Source of the DNA: Gemmatimonadota bacterium
Lineage (GTDB): Bacteria > Gemmatimonadota > Gemmatimonadetes > Gemmatimonadales > Gemmatimonadaceae
Direction: 5' to 3'
DNA length: 64,000 bases
Assembly (NCBI GenBank): GCA_040389905.1
Contig: JAZJZK010000008.1
Coordinates: 160,001 to 224,000 of the forward strand
The position numbers were made by a program, and so were the translations under genes. Below, piece after piece: positions 1 to 10,500 of the stretch. The stretch's first letter is position 1. Each line of letters starts with the position of its first letter. The notes beneath the pieces are model-generated. The model saw only the letters and a program-made list of their open reading frames with translations. It was not told the origin of the DNA and made no database searches.

Positions 1-4
1 ATCA

Positions 5-32
5 AACGGCCGCGCTTCGCAGCGCGGCCGTT
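5..32 (-). terminator. Probable rho-independent terminator of the kinase gene
   Basis: Perfect 12-bp stem AACGGCCGCGCT-TCGC-AGCGCGGCCGTT, 4 nt past the stop at 37, with a short T-run on the minus strand. Confidence 0.7.
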
Positions 33-36
33 CGTC

Positions 37-3015
37 TTACTTACCCTTCAATTGCGCCTCGAGCCTGGCGACTTCGAGCCTGACTGCGTCAACCTGAGGC
101 TGCAGCACCCGTTCGACCTGATAGCGTAGCGCGAGGTAATGCCGATACGCTTTCAGCGCGCCATTTACGTCCCCAGTCAATGCGGCGAACCGGCCTTCCT
201 CCCGCAGCAGTGTCGAGCGATACGGATCCTGACCACCGGTGTATCGGTCGCCGTGGCGCCGGACCGCGGCGAGCGCGCGCTTGTAGTCGCCACGTTGCTC
301 GAACAATCGCGCAACAGTGAGATTCTCGAATGCCGCGCGCCCTGCGTGCACACTGTTGTAGTCGACTTCTCTCATGAGCGAGTCGAGTCGCTCGATCGCT
401 GCACCGGCGTCGGGCCGCTTCGCGATGTTGGCAAACATGGCTTCGATCACGACGAACGATGCTTGCGATTCGGGCTCGCGACCCAGCGGTGACCCGGCAA
501 GCGCCGCGCGCATCTGCTCGATCGACCGTCGCGTGCGTGAGGTGTCCCCGTTGGCGAGGCGGTACGGTTCCGTCGCGCGAATCGTGCGAATCAGCATGGC
601 GCGTGACGCGCTGTCGTTCGGTGCTCTCGACTCTTCGCGTGCGAGAGTCTTCATGCCATCGGCGGCAAGTGTGCTATCGCCGTCGCCGATCATCGCGTTG
701 CGAACCTTGAGGACGGCAACGTTGATGTCACCGCCCGAATCGGTCGCGAGCAGGTACTTCCGGTTCAGCGATGGGCGACCAAAGACCAGCGACCACTCAG
801 CGATCGCCGTGGTCACCTGCGCGACGGCCGCGCGACTCCCGTTTTGCGCGCCGCGATACATCGAGTCGAGCACCACCCATGCTTCCGGCGCGCCCGTACC
901 GTCATTGGCTGCTGTCTGGACAACGCGAAAGGGGTTCTTCTTCCGCAGGGAGTCGAACAGAACCGCCGCGTCCGACTTCTTGCCTGTCTTGACCGCTTCG
1001 TACCAGCGATGCTCGAGCACCCAATAGCGAGCGGTATCCGCGGCCAGCCGAAGGCGCTCGGCGCGCCGCGACGATGTGAAGTCGCCGAGCTTCACCGCGA
1101 GATCGATGAGGTGAATTGCCGCCGGCGTGTATGTCGAATCGAGATCAATCGACTTGTTGAACGCCGCCAGTGCGTGCTCGTCGGCGAGCGAGTCGACAAT
1201 GTGCCCGAAGTGATACAGATAGTCGGCGTACAGATACCACGCCTCCGCGCGCTGAGGCGCCATCGCCACGTAGTTCTGAATGTCCTTCCACCGCTGGACG
1301 GACGAAGTGGCGCCGGGATAGTTCGATCCCGCGAGCGCAACGAGCAAGCCCTGGTCGATCGGATTGAGCTGCGCCTTGTTGCGCCACGCGACGGTCGTGC
1401 CGAGCGCGGTGAAGTTGTTGTCACCGTACCACGCGGCGGCGAGGCGGAGCCCGATGCCGGCGAGCGCGAAGTTCGAGTCGGCGTCGATGGCGTGCTTGAA
1501 TGCATTCGCTGCCGCCAGCGAGCTCGCCTTGCGCAGGAGAGCCTGACCTTCGAGGTATGATCGCAACGCCACGACCGAGTTCGTCGTGATGTTGCCCATC
1601 CGCTGGCTTTCCTCAGGCGCGATCTGTTTGAGCAGCGCCACCGTCATGCGGTCCACGAGCACGACGAGACTGTCCGGCGACCCTTCCACGCTGATCGACT
1701 CTCCGGTGCGGCCGCTGTTCACGTCAAGGAGGCGAACGGAGAGCACGAGCTTCGATGGTGTCCCGACGACGTCGCCGAGCAGCAATTGTCCGGCGCCGAG
1801 CGCGCGCGCGACACGGCGGGCACGATCCTCGGGCAGGTCTTCGTCGCTCGAAGTCGACGCGGCCCTGAATGCGTGAACCACGCTCCGCGGGTCCGCCATC
1901 CTGAGCGTTTGTGTAGTCAGCTTGGTCGCGAGGAGGTCGATCATCCCTTCGCGCAGATAGCGGAGGGAAGGATCCGCAGAGGCAACGCGAAACGGCGCGG
2001 CCGCGATCAGCTTGTCGTCGATCGCCGGACCACGCGGGCGCAGCAAATAGAAAGTGAGGCCACCGAGGACGGCCACGGCCACCCCGCCCGATGCGAGCAG
2101 CGGCATCCGACGCATCGTGCGCCACAGAGACGGCCCGGAGCGATGCATCTCTCCGCTCTTGGCCCCATCGAACGCAGCGATGACCTCGAGGAGCTCGGCC
2201 ACAGACGCCGGCCGGTCGCTCGGCGCCTTTTCCAGCGTGCGCATCACGAGCTCGGCGACCGCATCGGGAACCTGCGGTGCAATGTCGCGCAGTGGTTTGG
2301 GCGTCTCCGCGATGTGCGCCGCGACGATCTGCTGTGCACCGGTGCGCTCGGCGAAGACGTGCCTGCCGGCAAGCAACTCGTACGCGATCACGCCCCAGGA
2401 ATAAATGTCAGCGAGGTGATCGACGTCGCCGCCGACGGCCTGCTCCGGGGCGATATAGCCTGGTGTTCCCAGGGACATGCCCAATTGCGTGAGCGCTTCC
2501 GAACTTGGCTCACTCCGGCCGCTGGCGACGGCGATCGCTTTCGCGATGCCAAAATCCGTAACGACCGCCGAGGAGCCCGCGAGCAGGACGTTCTCGGGCT
2601 TGATGTCGCGATGCACCACGCCCTCGCCGTGGGCGTAGTCGAGCGCGCGCGCGATGTCACGCAGGATCGAAATGGCTTCTGAAAACCGGACGGCGCCCGC
2701 GTTGATCCGGTCGCGGAGCGACCGTCCGCGCACGTACGGCATGATGTAGTACGGCATGCCGTCGGCGGTGCCGGTCGTCAGAATCTGGACGATATGCGGA
2801 TGTTGCAGCCGCGCCGTGATGAGGATCTCCCGTGCGAAGCGGTCGGCGTTGAGTCCGGCCGCGAGCTCGGGCGCAAGCATCTTCACGACGACTTTGCGGT
2901 CGAGGGCGCGCTCGGTCGCGAGAAAGACGCACGACATCCCGCCGCCGCCGAGCTCGCTCTCGATGATATATGCGTCGCCGAGGGTGGCTTTCAGTGCGTC
3001 GAGAATCTTCGGCAG
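37..3015 (-). CDS. Hanks-type Ser/Thr protein kinase with TM segment and C-terminal TPR-like helical region; probable CTG start at 3015 (first ATG at 2937)
   Basis: ELGGGGMS Gly loop, VVVK, HRDIKPEN, DFG and APE motifs; TM LLASGGVAVAVLGGLTFYLL; frame open upstream of the ATG to a TGA at 3118-3120. Confidence 0.9.
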   Translation of the reverse strand: MPKILDALKATLGDAYIIESELGGGGMSCVFLATERALDRKVVVKMLAPELAAGLNADRFAREILITARLQHPHIVQILTTGTADGMPYYIMPYVRGRSLRDRINAGAVRFSEAISILRDIARALDYAHGEGVVHRDIKPENVLLAGSSAVVTDFGIAKAIAVASGRSEPSSEALTQLGMSLGTPGYIAPEQAVGGDVDHLADIYSWGVIAYELLAGRHVFAERTGAQQIVAAHIAETPKPLRDIAPQVPDAVAELVMRTLEKAPSDRPASVAELLEVIAAFDGAKSGEMHRSGPSLWRTMRRMPLLASGGVAVAVLGGLTFYLLRPRGPAIDDKLIAAAPFRVASADPSLRYLREGMIDLLATKLTTQTLRMADPRSVVHAFRAASTSSDEDLPEDRARRVARALGAGQLLLGDVVGTPSKLVLSVRLLDVNSGRTGESISVEGSPDSLVVLVDRMTVALLKQIAPEESQRMGNITTNSVVALRSYLEGQALLRKASSLAAANAFKHAIDADSNFALAGIGLRLAAAWYGDNNFTALGTTVAWRNKAQLNPIDQGLLVALAGSNYPGATSSVQRWKDIQNYVAMAPQRAEAWYLYADYLYHFGHIVDSLADEHALAAFNKSIDLDSTYTPAAIHLIDLAVKLGDFTSSRRAERLRLAADTARYWVLEHRWYEAVKTGKKSDAAVLFDSLRKKNPFRVVQTAANDGTGAPEAWVVLDSMYRGAQNGSRAAVAQVTTAIAEWSLVFGRPSLNRKYLLATDSGGDINVAVLKVRNAMIGDGDSTLAADGMKTLAREESRAPNDSASRAMLIRTIRATEPYRLANGDTSRTRRSIEQMRAALAGSPLGREPESQASFVVIEAMFANIAKRPDAGAAIERLDSLMREVDYNSVHAGRAAFENLTVARLFEQRGDYKRALAAVRRHGDRYTGGQDPYRSTLLREEGRFAALTGDVNGALKAYRHYLALRYQVERVLQPQVDAVRLEVARLEAQLKGK

Positions 3016-3146
3016 GATGAAGGGTGGCGTGGCGCGGCTCGTCCGCTGTTTAGACGGGCGATTGTGGGAAAGAGTTTGCTCCGCGCGCCGCGTCGGGTCA
3101 ATCGCCCGGCGGCAATGTCAACCCTTTCGCCGCCGCCGCTGTCTTA

Positions 3147-3165
3147 TCTTCGACAAAGTCCAAGA
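3147..3165. promoter_or_regulatory. Putative PadR operator palindrome
   Basis: TCTTCGAC-AAA-GTCCAAGA (8-bp arms, 1 mismatch), 20 nt upstream of padR. Confidence 0.5.
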
Positions 3166-3185
3166 AATACAACGGTCGGGGGAGA

Positions 3186-3512
3186 ATGGCGGACCATCTC
3201 GGGGAATTCGAGCAGATTGTGCTCCTGGCGCTCGTCCGCCTGGGGAGTGACGGCTATGGCATCAGCGTACGGGATGCGATCGCCGAGCGAACGGGCCGCG
3301 AGGCGGACTTCGGAACCGTGTACACGACGCTGACGCGGCTCGAACAGAAGGGGTACGTCTCCTCGCGTCTTGGTGAGGCGACGCCGGAACGTGGCGGCCG
3401 GCGCAAGAAGTACTTCATCATCACCGCCTCGGGTCGGGCCGCACTGGTCGCGGCATTGCGCGCATTGCGTGCAATGACGCGCGGCCTCGGCCAACAACTG
3501 GAGCTCCGATGA
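3186..3512 (+). CDS. PadR-family transcriptional regulator
   Basis: LGEFEQIVLLAL, YG, GTVYTTLTRLE..G and RRKKYF wHTH motifs; SD GGAG; ATGA overlap with the permease. Confidence 0.92.
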   Translation: MADHLGEFEQIVLLALVRLGSDGYGISVRDAIAERTGREADFGTVYTTLTRLEQKGYVSSRLGEATPERGGRRKKYFIITASGRAALVAALRALRAMTRGLGQQLELR

Positions 3513-6172
3513 GCGCGCGCCACGGACGTCCGCCGAAACTCGCCGAGCGACTCCTCGGCTGGCTCCTGCCGCGGGACCTCCGCGAGCCCTATCTCGGCGA
3601 CCTTGCCGAAAGCTTTACGGCGCGCATGGCGGAGAAGGGAGCGAGGAACGCCTGGCTCTGGTATTGGCGAGAGACGATGAACGCGCCCGTCGAGATCACC
3701 ATCACACGCACACGCGACGGAGTAGGCGATGCCCCTTCTGGAGATGCATTCATGACGTCCTTCCTGCTCGATGCGCGTATTGCATTGCGGTCGTTCCTTC
3801 GCCGGCCTGGGTTCACGGCAGTCGTGGTGCTCACGACGGCGATCGGCGTTGGCGCGGCGACGACGATCTTCAGCGCGGCAAATCCGATCTTGTTTTCTCC
3901 CCTGCCGTATCCGCACGCCGAGCGGATCGTGATGGTCAAGCAGGTGGACAACGGATCGGCCGGTGATCGTCTTGGCTATTCGACGATCATGGACCTCGCG
4001 GCGCGGGCGCGCTCACTCGAGGTGGTTGCCGAGGCGGGAAGCTGGCAGGGTACGATGACGGGACAGGGGGCTCCAGCGCTTATGACTGGCCTGCGCGTGT
4101 CGCAGCGCTTCTTCTCCGTTCTCGGCGCTCGTCCGGCGCTTGGGCGAGATTTTCTTCCTGAGGATGACAAGCAAGGGGCGCCGCGCACGGTCATTCTTTC
4201 CGATGCCGTGTGGCGGTCGCGGTTCGCCGCCGATACGTCGATCATCGGAAAGACCGCGACGATCAACGACTATCCATATCTCGTGATTGGCGTGATGCCT
4301 GCCGATTTCGAAGGAGCCGTCGAGCCACGGGCGCAGCTCTGGCGTCCCCTTCAGTATGACGTCTCGCTCGGGCAGGCGTGCCGATCGTGCCAGCACATCA
4401 AGGCGATCGCACGTGTGCGGGAAGGCACGAGCGAGAGCACCGCAGCGCACGAAGTCGATATCATCATGCGCCAGTTGCGGGACGAGCACGTTTCCGACTA
4501 TCCGCACAAGGTCGGCGGAGACATCATTGCGTTGGGCGATGACATCACGCGTGGCGTCCGTCCGGCGATGCTCGCCGTGCTCGGTGCGGTGGTGCTCGTG
4601 TTGCTCATCGCCTGTGTGAACGTCACGAATCTGCTGCTGGGGCGAGTCGCTGAGCGTCGCGCCGAAATATCCGTGCGCGCCGCGCTTGGCGCGAGCAGCG
4701 CGCGCATCGTGCGGCAACTACTCGTTGAGAGTTCGCTGCTTGCCAGCGCGGGCGGCGCGCTGGGCGTGGGAATCGCCTACGCTGGTGTGCGCATGCTCGT
4801 GCGACTTGCACCGGAATCATTGCCGCGAGTGCAGGCGATGCAGATGAGCGTGCCCGTGCTCGTGCTCGCCCTAGTGGTGACGATGATGGTCGGGCTCGGG
4901 TTCGGTTTGCTTCCAGCGCTCGATGCAGCACGCGGCAATGTGAACGACGGGATGCAGAGTGCTTCGCGCCGCACCGTTGGCGTGTCACGTCGCGCGCGCT
5001 CCGTGCTGGTGATTGCCGAGATGGCGTTGGCCGTGTTGGTGCTCGCGGGATCGGGATTGCTGTTGCGGAGCATGCACCGGCTTCTCGACGTGCGGCCGGG
5101 TTTCGAACCGAGCGGATTGTTGTCGCTTCAAGTGCAAGTGGTTGGACAGCGCTTCCAGAATGACACCGTGACGTGGCGATACTTCGACGATGTCCTCGCC
5201 GCGGTGCGCGCGATACCGGGAGTTCGGGAAGCCGCGCTGACGAGCCAACTTCCGTTATCGAGTGATTACGATGAGTACGGCGTACACAGTGAGCGTCATC
5301 CGGCGGCGATGCCGGCGGATGATCCGTCCGTACATCGATACGCCGTGAGCGTGGGCTACCTCGAGGCGATGCGCATTCCCGTCGTGCAGGGACGTTCACT
5401 CACCGAACACGACAACGGCCAGAGTCCACCCGTCGCGCTGGTCAGTGAGTCATTCGCAAAGAAGTTCTTCAAGGGAGAGAACGCCATCGGGCAGCGTGTG
5501 CGAACTGGAGCGCACGATCGTGGACCGTGGCGCACGATCGTCGGCATCACGGGCGATGTGCATCAGGTGTCGCTGGCAGGCGAGGTCAATGACGCGGTCT
5601 ACCTGCCGGAGTCGCAGTGGCAGAATGCGGACGGGATGATGTCGCTCGTCATTCGCACAACTGGAGAACCCGGCGCACTGGCCGGCGCCGTTCGCAAGGC
5701 AGTGTGGTCGATCGACAGGAATCAGCCAATCATGCGAGTGTCGTCGATGTCCGAAATCGTGGCATCGTCCGCTGCGGAACGGCGGTTTGTTCTCGCGCTC
5801 TTCGAAGCATTCGCGTTCATGGGAATCGTACTCGCGGCGCTCGGCATGTACGGCGTGCTTGCGGCGTCGGTTACCGAACGGGTGCGAGAGATCGGTCTCC
5901 GCGAGGCGCTCGGTGCAACGCCGTGGCAGATCGTGTCGATGATCGTGCGGCAGGGAATGGTGCTCGCCACATACGGTGCCGTTGTCGGCGTCATTCTGTC
6001 GGTGCTCGGGAGTCGTGCGCTCGCCGGTCAGCTGTTTGGTGTATCATGTGCCGATCCGACGACGTACGCGGGCGCGATTGCGCTGTTGATGACGGTCGCG
6101 CTCGTCGCCTGTGCGGTGCCGGCGGTGCGTGCAGCGCGCGTGGATCCGCTGGAGAGTCTCAGAGCGGACTGA
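3509..6172 (+). CDS. Duplicated MacB/FtsX-like ABC permease (ADOP-type orphan permease)
   Basis: Two MacB_PCD+FtsX halves (LLIACVNVTNLLL..R..E.SVRAALGA; R.REIGLR.ALGA); PadR-coupled; no ATPase nearby. Confidence 0.9.
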   Translation: MSARHGRPPKLAERLLGWLLPRDLREPYLGDLAESFTARMAEKGARNAWLWYWRETMNAPVEITITRTRDGVGDAPSGDAFMTSFLLDARIALRSFLRRPGFTAVVVLTTAIGVGAATTIFSAANPILFSPLPYPHAERIVMVKQVDNGSAGDRLGYSTIMDLAARARSLEVVAEAGSWQGTMTGQGAPALMTGLRVSQRFFSVLGARPALGRDFLPEDDKQGAPRTVILSDAVWRSRFAADTSIIGKTATINDYPYLVIGVMPADFEGAVEPRAQLWRPLQYDVSLGQACRSCQHIKAIARVREGTSESTAAHEVDIIMRQLRDEHVSDYPHKVGGDIIALGDDITRGVRPAMLAVLGAVVLVLLIACVNVTNLLLGRVAERRAEISVRAALGASSARIVRQLLVESSLLASAGGALGVGIAYAGVRMLVRLAPESLPRVQAMQMSVPVLVLALVVTMMVGLGFGLLPALDAARGNVNDGMQSASRRTVGVSRRARSVLVIAEMALAVLVLAGSGLLLRSMHRLLDVRPGFEPSGLLSLQVQVVGQRFQNDTVTWRYFDDVLAAVRAIPGVREAALTSQLPLSSDYDEYGVHSERHPAAMPADDPSVHRYAVSVGYLEAMRIPVVQGRSLTEHDNGQSPPVALVSESFAKKFFKGENAIGQRVRTGAHDRGPWRTIVGITGDVHQVSLAGEVNDAVYLPESQWQNADGMMSLVIRTTGEPGALAGAVRKAVWSIDRNQPIMRVSSMSEIVASSAAERRFVLALFEAFAFMGIVLAALGMYGVLAASVTERVREIGLREALGATPWQIVSMIVRQGMVLATYGAVVGVILSVLGSRALAGQLFGVSCADPTTYAGAIALLMTVALVACAVPAVRAARVDPLESLRAD

Positions 6173-6205
6173 TTGATGGGGCGAAGAGCCTCCTGCATCG
6201 CAACC

Positions 6206-6251
6206 GCAGGTGCAGGCCCTTCGCGCCGCTCAGGGCGACAAAACGAGCGGA
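6206..6251 (+). repeat. REP-like singlet, family A
   Basis: GCAGGTGCAGGCCCTTCGCGCCGCTCAGGGCGACAAAACGAGCGGA; nine related copies in the window. Confidence 0.9.
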
Positions 6252-6358
6252 ACGTCGTGACTACCCGCATGTGGTTGCTGTTTCAAAAGCAGGACAGCCC
6301 ACGTCCTCGCGCGAGTACAGCCGCGACGCGAATGGTGCTCGTTGCCCGGTGATTGCCG

Positions 6359-6374
6359 CGGCACAATCCTCGCT
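6359..6374 (+). promoter_or_regulatory. Possible sigma-54 -24/-12 promoter
   Basis: CGGCACAATCCTCGCT gives GG-N10-GC about 70 nt upstream of ATG 6446; imperfect match. Confidence 0.25.
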
Positions 6375-6445
6375 CGAAGTGTATGAGACTTCGTATACAA
6401 TGGCGCACGGTGCGCTGACCAACGGTCTCAACCTCGGAGCAACAA

Positions 6446-7261
6446 ATGAACTCTCTCATGTTCGTGCGGCGTACACTGGTGCCAGTTGCCGTTGCCCTCA
6501 TCGCTCCTCTCGCGGCACACGCGCAGGAGCGGCAAGTCTTCGTCTGGAGCGGACGCGTCGATCGCGAGATTCGCATCAGCGCGCGCGGAAACCAGCTCTC
6601 GAACAGCCGTGAGTCCAACATGCAGACGCGTGGACGGTTCATGGAGAGCAGCGCGTTGCCGCACGAGAACGGCTACCTTCGCGTCGTGACGCAAGCCGGC
6701 CGAGGGTACGTCGAAGTCCTCCAGCAACCGAACTCCGACAACGATTACAGCGCCGTCATCCGCATCGTGGACAATGAAGGCGGCGCGGACAACTATCGTC
6801 TTGCGGTCTACTACACGCCGGCCGATGGCCGAGCGGGTCGCGGGCGCGGCTATGGACGCGATGATCGCGACGACCGCCGTGATGGCCGGGACGATGGGCG
6901 GACTCGTGATCGCAACGATCGCAATGATTCCGATCGTGGCAATTCCGGACGCTATGGCCGCCAGACGGCAACACTCCACTGGAGTGGCGACGTGGACGGG
7001 GAAGCGCAGGTGATCTGGCGCGCGAACAGTGTGAGTCAGCGCACGCTGAGCGGCGGCTCGGTCCGAGTCCAGAACAGCAGTGTGTCTGGCGATCCGGCCG
7101 AGCGGCAATACGGCCAGTTGACGTTGAATGTTCGTCAGGGCCGAGGTCGCGTGGACGTCGTGCAGCAGCCGAGCGCGCAGAACCGGTGGACGGGAATCAT
7201 TCGCATCGTCGATCCGCAAGGTGGATACGGACGATACGACATTGACGCGCGGTGGCAGTAG
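6446..7261 (+). CDS. Secreted hypothetical protein with two tandem homologous beta-rich domains
   Basis: Signal peptide (AHA/Q); WSG.VD...V.V.QQP...N......IRIVD..GG...Y occurs twice around a D/R-rich linker; SD GGAG. Confidence 0.85.
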   Translation: MNSLMFVRRTLVPVAVALIAPLAAHAQERQVFVWSGRVDREIRISARGNQLSNSRESNMQTRGRFMESSALPHENGYLRVVTQAGRGYVEVLQQPNSDNDYSAVIRIVDNEGGADNYRLAVYYTPADGRAGRGRGYGRDDRDDRRDGRDDGRTRDRNDRNDSDRGNSGRYGRQTATLHWSGDVDGEAQVIWRANSVSQRTLSGGSVRVQNSSVSGDPAERQYGQLTLNVRQGRGRVDVVQQPSAQNRWTGIIRIVDPQGGYGRYDIDARWQ

Positions 7262-7301
7262 AGCGGGGTCGCTAGTCACGCACGGCGAATTGTTGCTGTA
7301 A

Positions 7302-7443
7302 TCAGCTGTGACAGGTGCTCAGTAGTCAGCCGCAGCTAACAGATGGTCAGGGGGTGTGGCGCTCGGGTGCATCGCACCTCGTACGCCACACCCCCTGTTA
7401 CTCTGTAGGCTGCGGCTGATCACTGAGCACCTGTCACATCTGA
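7302..7443. repeat. 142-nt long imperfect hairpin (MITE-like element or structured RNA)
   Basis: TGTGACAGGTGCTCAGT/ACTGAGCACCTGTCACA, TCAGCCGCAGC/GCTGCGGCTGA, CAGGGGGTGTGGCG/CGCCACACCCCCTG and GGTGC/GCACC pair in nested order. Confidence 0.9.
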
Positions 7444-7460
7444 GTCCGGCGCGCGCAACA

Positions 7461-7504
7461 GCAGGTGCAGGCCCTTCACTTCGTTCAAGGCGACAAAACG
7501 AGCG
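7461..7504 (+). repeat. REP-like singlet, family A
   Basis: GCAGGTGCAGGCCCTTCACTTCGTTCAAGGCGACAAAACGAGCG. Confidence 0.88.
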
Positions 7505-7583
7505 AGACAACAAGCGAGCGACGCCTTGACGCGAGCTCTACCCCCTGACGAATGTGCTACCCGGAGTTTCCTCCCCGTAGCGC

Positions 7584-10500
7584 ATGGCCAACGCAGACAT
7601 CCCGACGGAAAAACCTCCCGCGCCGCCCACGCGGCGCGAGGAGTTCGTGGTGCGCACCAGATTCGTGCAGCCGACGCTCCGGCGGCACATCATCGCGCGC
7701 CCGCGCGTCGATGCGATCGTCGCGCGGGCGATGGAGTATCCGCTCACGGTCGTCAAGGCGGAACCGGGCTACGGGAAGACGACAGCCGTGGCCTCCTGGC
7801 TCGCGGGCTCGGAGCACGCGCAGGTGTGGTACAATGTCGGCGAGACGGAAGCCGACCCGCACGTCTTCCTCCTGCACCTGATTCAGGCCCTGCGCAGCGT
7901 GGGCGGCACAATTGGCACCCGCGCACTCGAGTTGCTCGAACAGGGTGATCGTGCGCCGCGACTCTGGGATTCGACCGTCGATGCACTGAGTAACGACCTC
8001 CTGGACAGCCTCGACCGCAACACGGTGCTCGTGCTCGACGACTACGATCGCGTGAATAGCTCCGAAGTGAATGCGATCATCGGACGGCTCGTGGAGAGCA
8101 TGCCGCCACGCATGCATCTCGTCATCACCGCGCGCCGCATGCCGAGCTTTCGCGGCCGTGCGCGCTGGCGTGCATCGGGAGAAATGCTGGAAGTCTCGCG
8201 CGCCGATCTCGCGTTCACGAGCCATGAGGTGGCGCAGCTTCTCGAACGCCGGCTCGAGCAGCCCCTCTCGCAGGACGTCGCGAGCGCTGTGGCCGCCGAG
8301 ACGGAGGGATGGCCGATCGCACTCCAGATGTTGAGCGACAGCCTCGGCGCATCGCCCGCCGAGGCGCTCGACAGTCTGCTGCAGCGTATCCCTGGCCCGT
8401 CCGAGCTGCTGTTCGACTACCTCGCGGAGGAAGTCTTTCTACGGCAGACCGCGGACGTGCGTCGCTTCCTGGGCGAGTCAGCGCTCCTCCGCCGCCTCGA
8501 CGCCGACACCTGTGATCGCGTGCTCGGCACGACCGACTCGGCGGCCGTTTTGCGATTCCTCGAGGACAGCTCGCTCTTCGTCAGCACACACGGCAGCGTC
8601 CGGTACCACAACCTTTTTCGCGACTTTCTGATGCGTCGCGCGGGAGTGACGGCGGAGCGTCGCACCGAGCTCCACCGCACCGCCGCGGCACACTACCTGT
8701 CTCGTCACGACGACGAAGAAGCGGTGCATCACTTGCTCGCGGCTGGTGATCATGTCAGGGCCGCGGACGTCGTCGCTCGCATTGCGGCGCCAATGGCAGC
8801 AAGCGGACGTCATCAGACACTTCGCGGTTGGCTCGACCAACTTCCGCCGGCGGTGCTCGCGGAGTCCCCAGACCTGCTCTATGCGCTTGCTGAGACATCG
8901 CGCATCGGCTGCCGCTACGCCGAGGCGATTTCGGCGTATGTCAATGCGCGAAGTCGCTATCGCGCGCGTGGTGATCGAACCGGAGAATTAGCGGCCCTTC
9001 GCGGACACGCACTCTGCTTTCTGGATACGGTGCAGCCCGCGCGCGCCGAGCCACTGCTGCGCGAGGCGCTTCGCATGACCTGGGGTGACAAGCCAGCGCG
9101 CCAGCAGATCTATCTGCTGCTGGCGGAGAATCGGTTGAATGCTGGTGACCTGCGGCGCGCCGAGCGGTTGTTTCGCGCGGTGCAGTGGGCAACGAGTCGC
9201 GATCGCGCACCGGTGCTCAATCCGCGCGTGTACGTGCGGACTGGCCGCTTCACACAGGCGCGCGAGCTGATCGAGGCGGGGCTTCGGAGTGAGTCCGACA
9301 AGGATGCCCGGGCACGCCCACCACGTTCGCATCGTGAGGCGGCAGCGCTGCTCGCCTGGACGAACAGCATGATCGGCGCGTCGGACGATGCGCGACAGCA
9401 CGCCGCCGAATCACTCGAGATCGGACAGTTGCTGGGTTCCTCCGTCGTCGAGTGCATCTCGCAGGGGCGTCTGGGCTTGTCGTGGCTCACGGGACACGAC
9501 TACGACCCCGTGCGCGCGGTGAGTTACTTCACCGATGCGTTGCGCATGGCGGAGCGCATCGACGTCCCGCGCTTCAAGGTCGAGCCACTGCTCGGCATGA
9601 CGATTGTGCATGGCCTCGAAGGTGCGGCAGAGCAGGCGGAAGCAACGGGGCGCGAAGCGCTAGCGATTGTGAATGAGACCGGGGATCGCTATGTCCGCGG
9701 AGTCGTTTGCGTCGCGCTCGGTGCCGCGTTGACGAACGTGGGACGGCCCGCCGCAGAAGGCTGGCTGCTCGAAGCGGTTCGACAGGGCATTGAGTGCGGC
9801 GACAAGTTCGTGCAGTGCGTCGCGAGTCTCTGGCTCGCGATTCACTACTCACGCGCGGGTCAATCAACAGCCGCGCGGCAGACCTTTGCTCGAGCGCTCG
9901 AACAGGCGCATGAACACGATTACGGCTTCCTTTTCGAGGGTACGGCTCTCCTCGCACCGAAAAGCCTTGGCGTGATGCGCGGCCTTTTGCGGCGCGCGCA
10001 GGAACATCCCGACGAGGGACCCTACGCACGGTCGCTCTCCGCGCTCATCGATCCATCGTCATCGAGCGCCGCGAGCACCTCGGGCGCCGATACCGTGGCG
10101 ACGGCCGCGCTGTACATCCAGACGCTTGGTCCCTTTCGCGTCTGGCGCAAGGGACAGGAGATCGAGCGTTCCGCGTGGGGTCGCGAGAAAGCATTGCATC
10201 TCCTGCAACTGCTCGTGTGCCGGCGCGAGCGTCCGCTGCACCGAGAGGAGATTCTCGAGGCGTTGTGGAAAGACGGCGTGTCGTCCACCGCGACGACGGG
10301 CCTCCGCGTTGCACTCAGCGCATTGCGAAATGCATTGGAGCCGGAGCGCGAAGCTGGCGTCGACTCGCCGTTCGTCAAGCGGGACGGCGACACGATTCGG
10401 CTTGGTCTCGAGCTTGGTGTTCGTGTGGACGCCGATGAGTTCAGCCGGCTGTTGAAGGCCGCGCGCGCACAGGAAGCGCTCAATGTCGACGAGTCGATTG

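Noticed and set aside
7302..7443. 6S RNA, SRP RNA or tRNA
   Set aside because: No large central bubble, no recognisable SRP tetraloop motif and no cloverleaf; left unassigned pending an Rfam search
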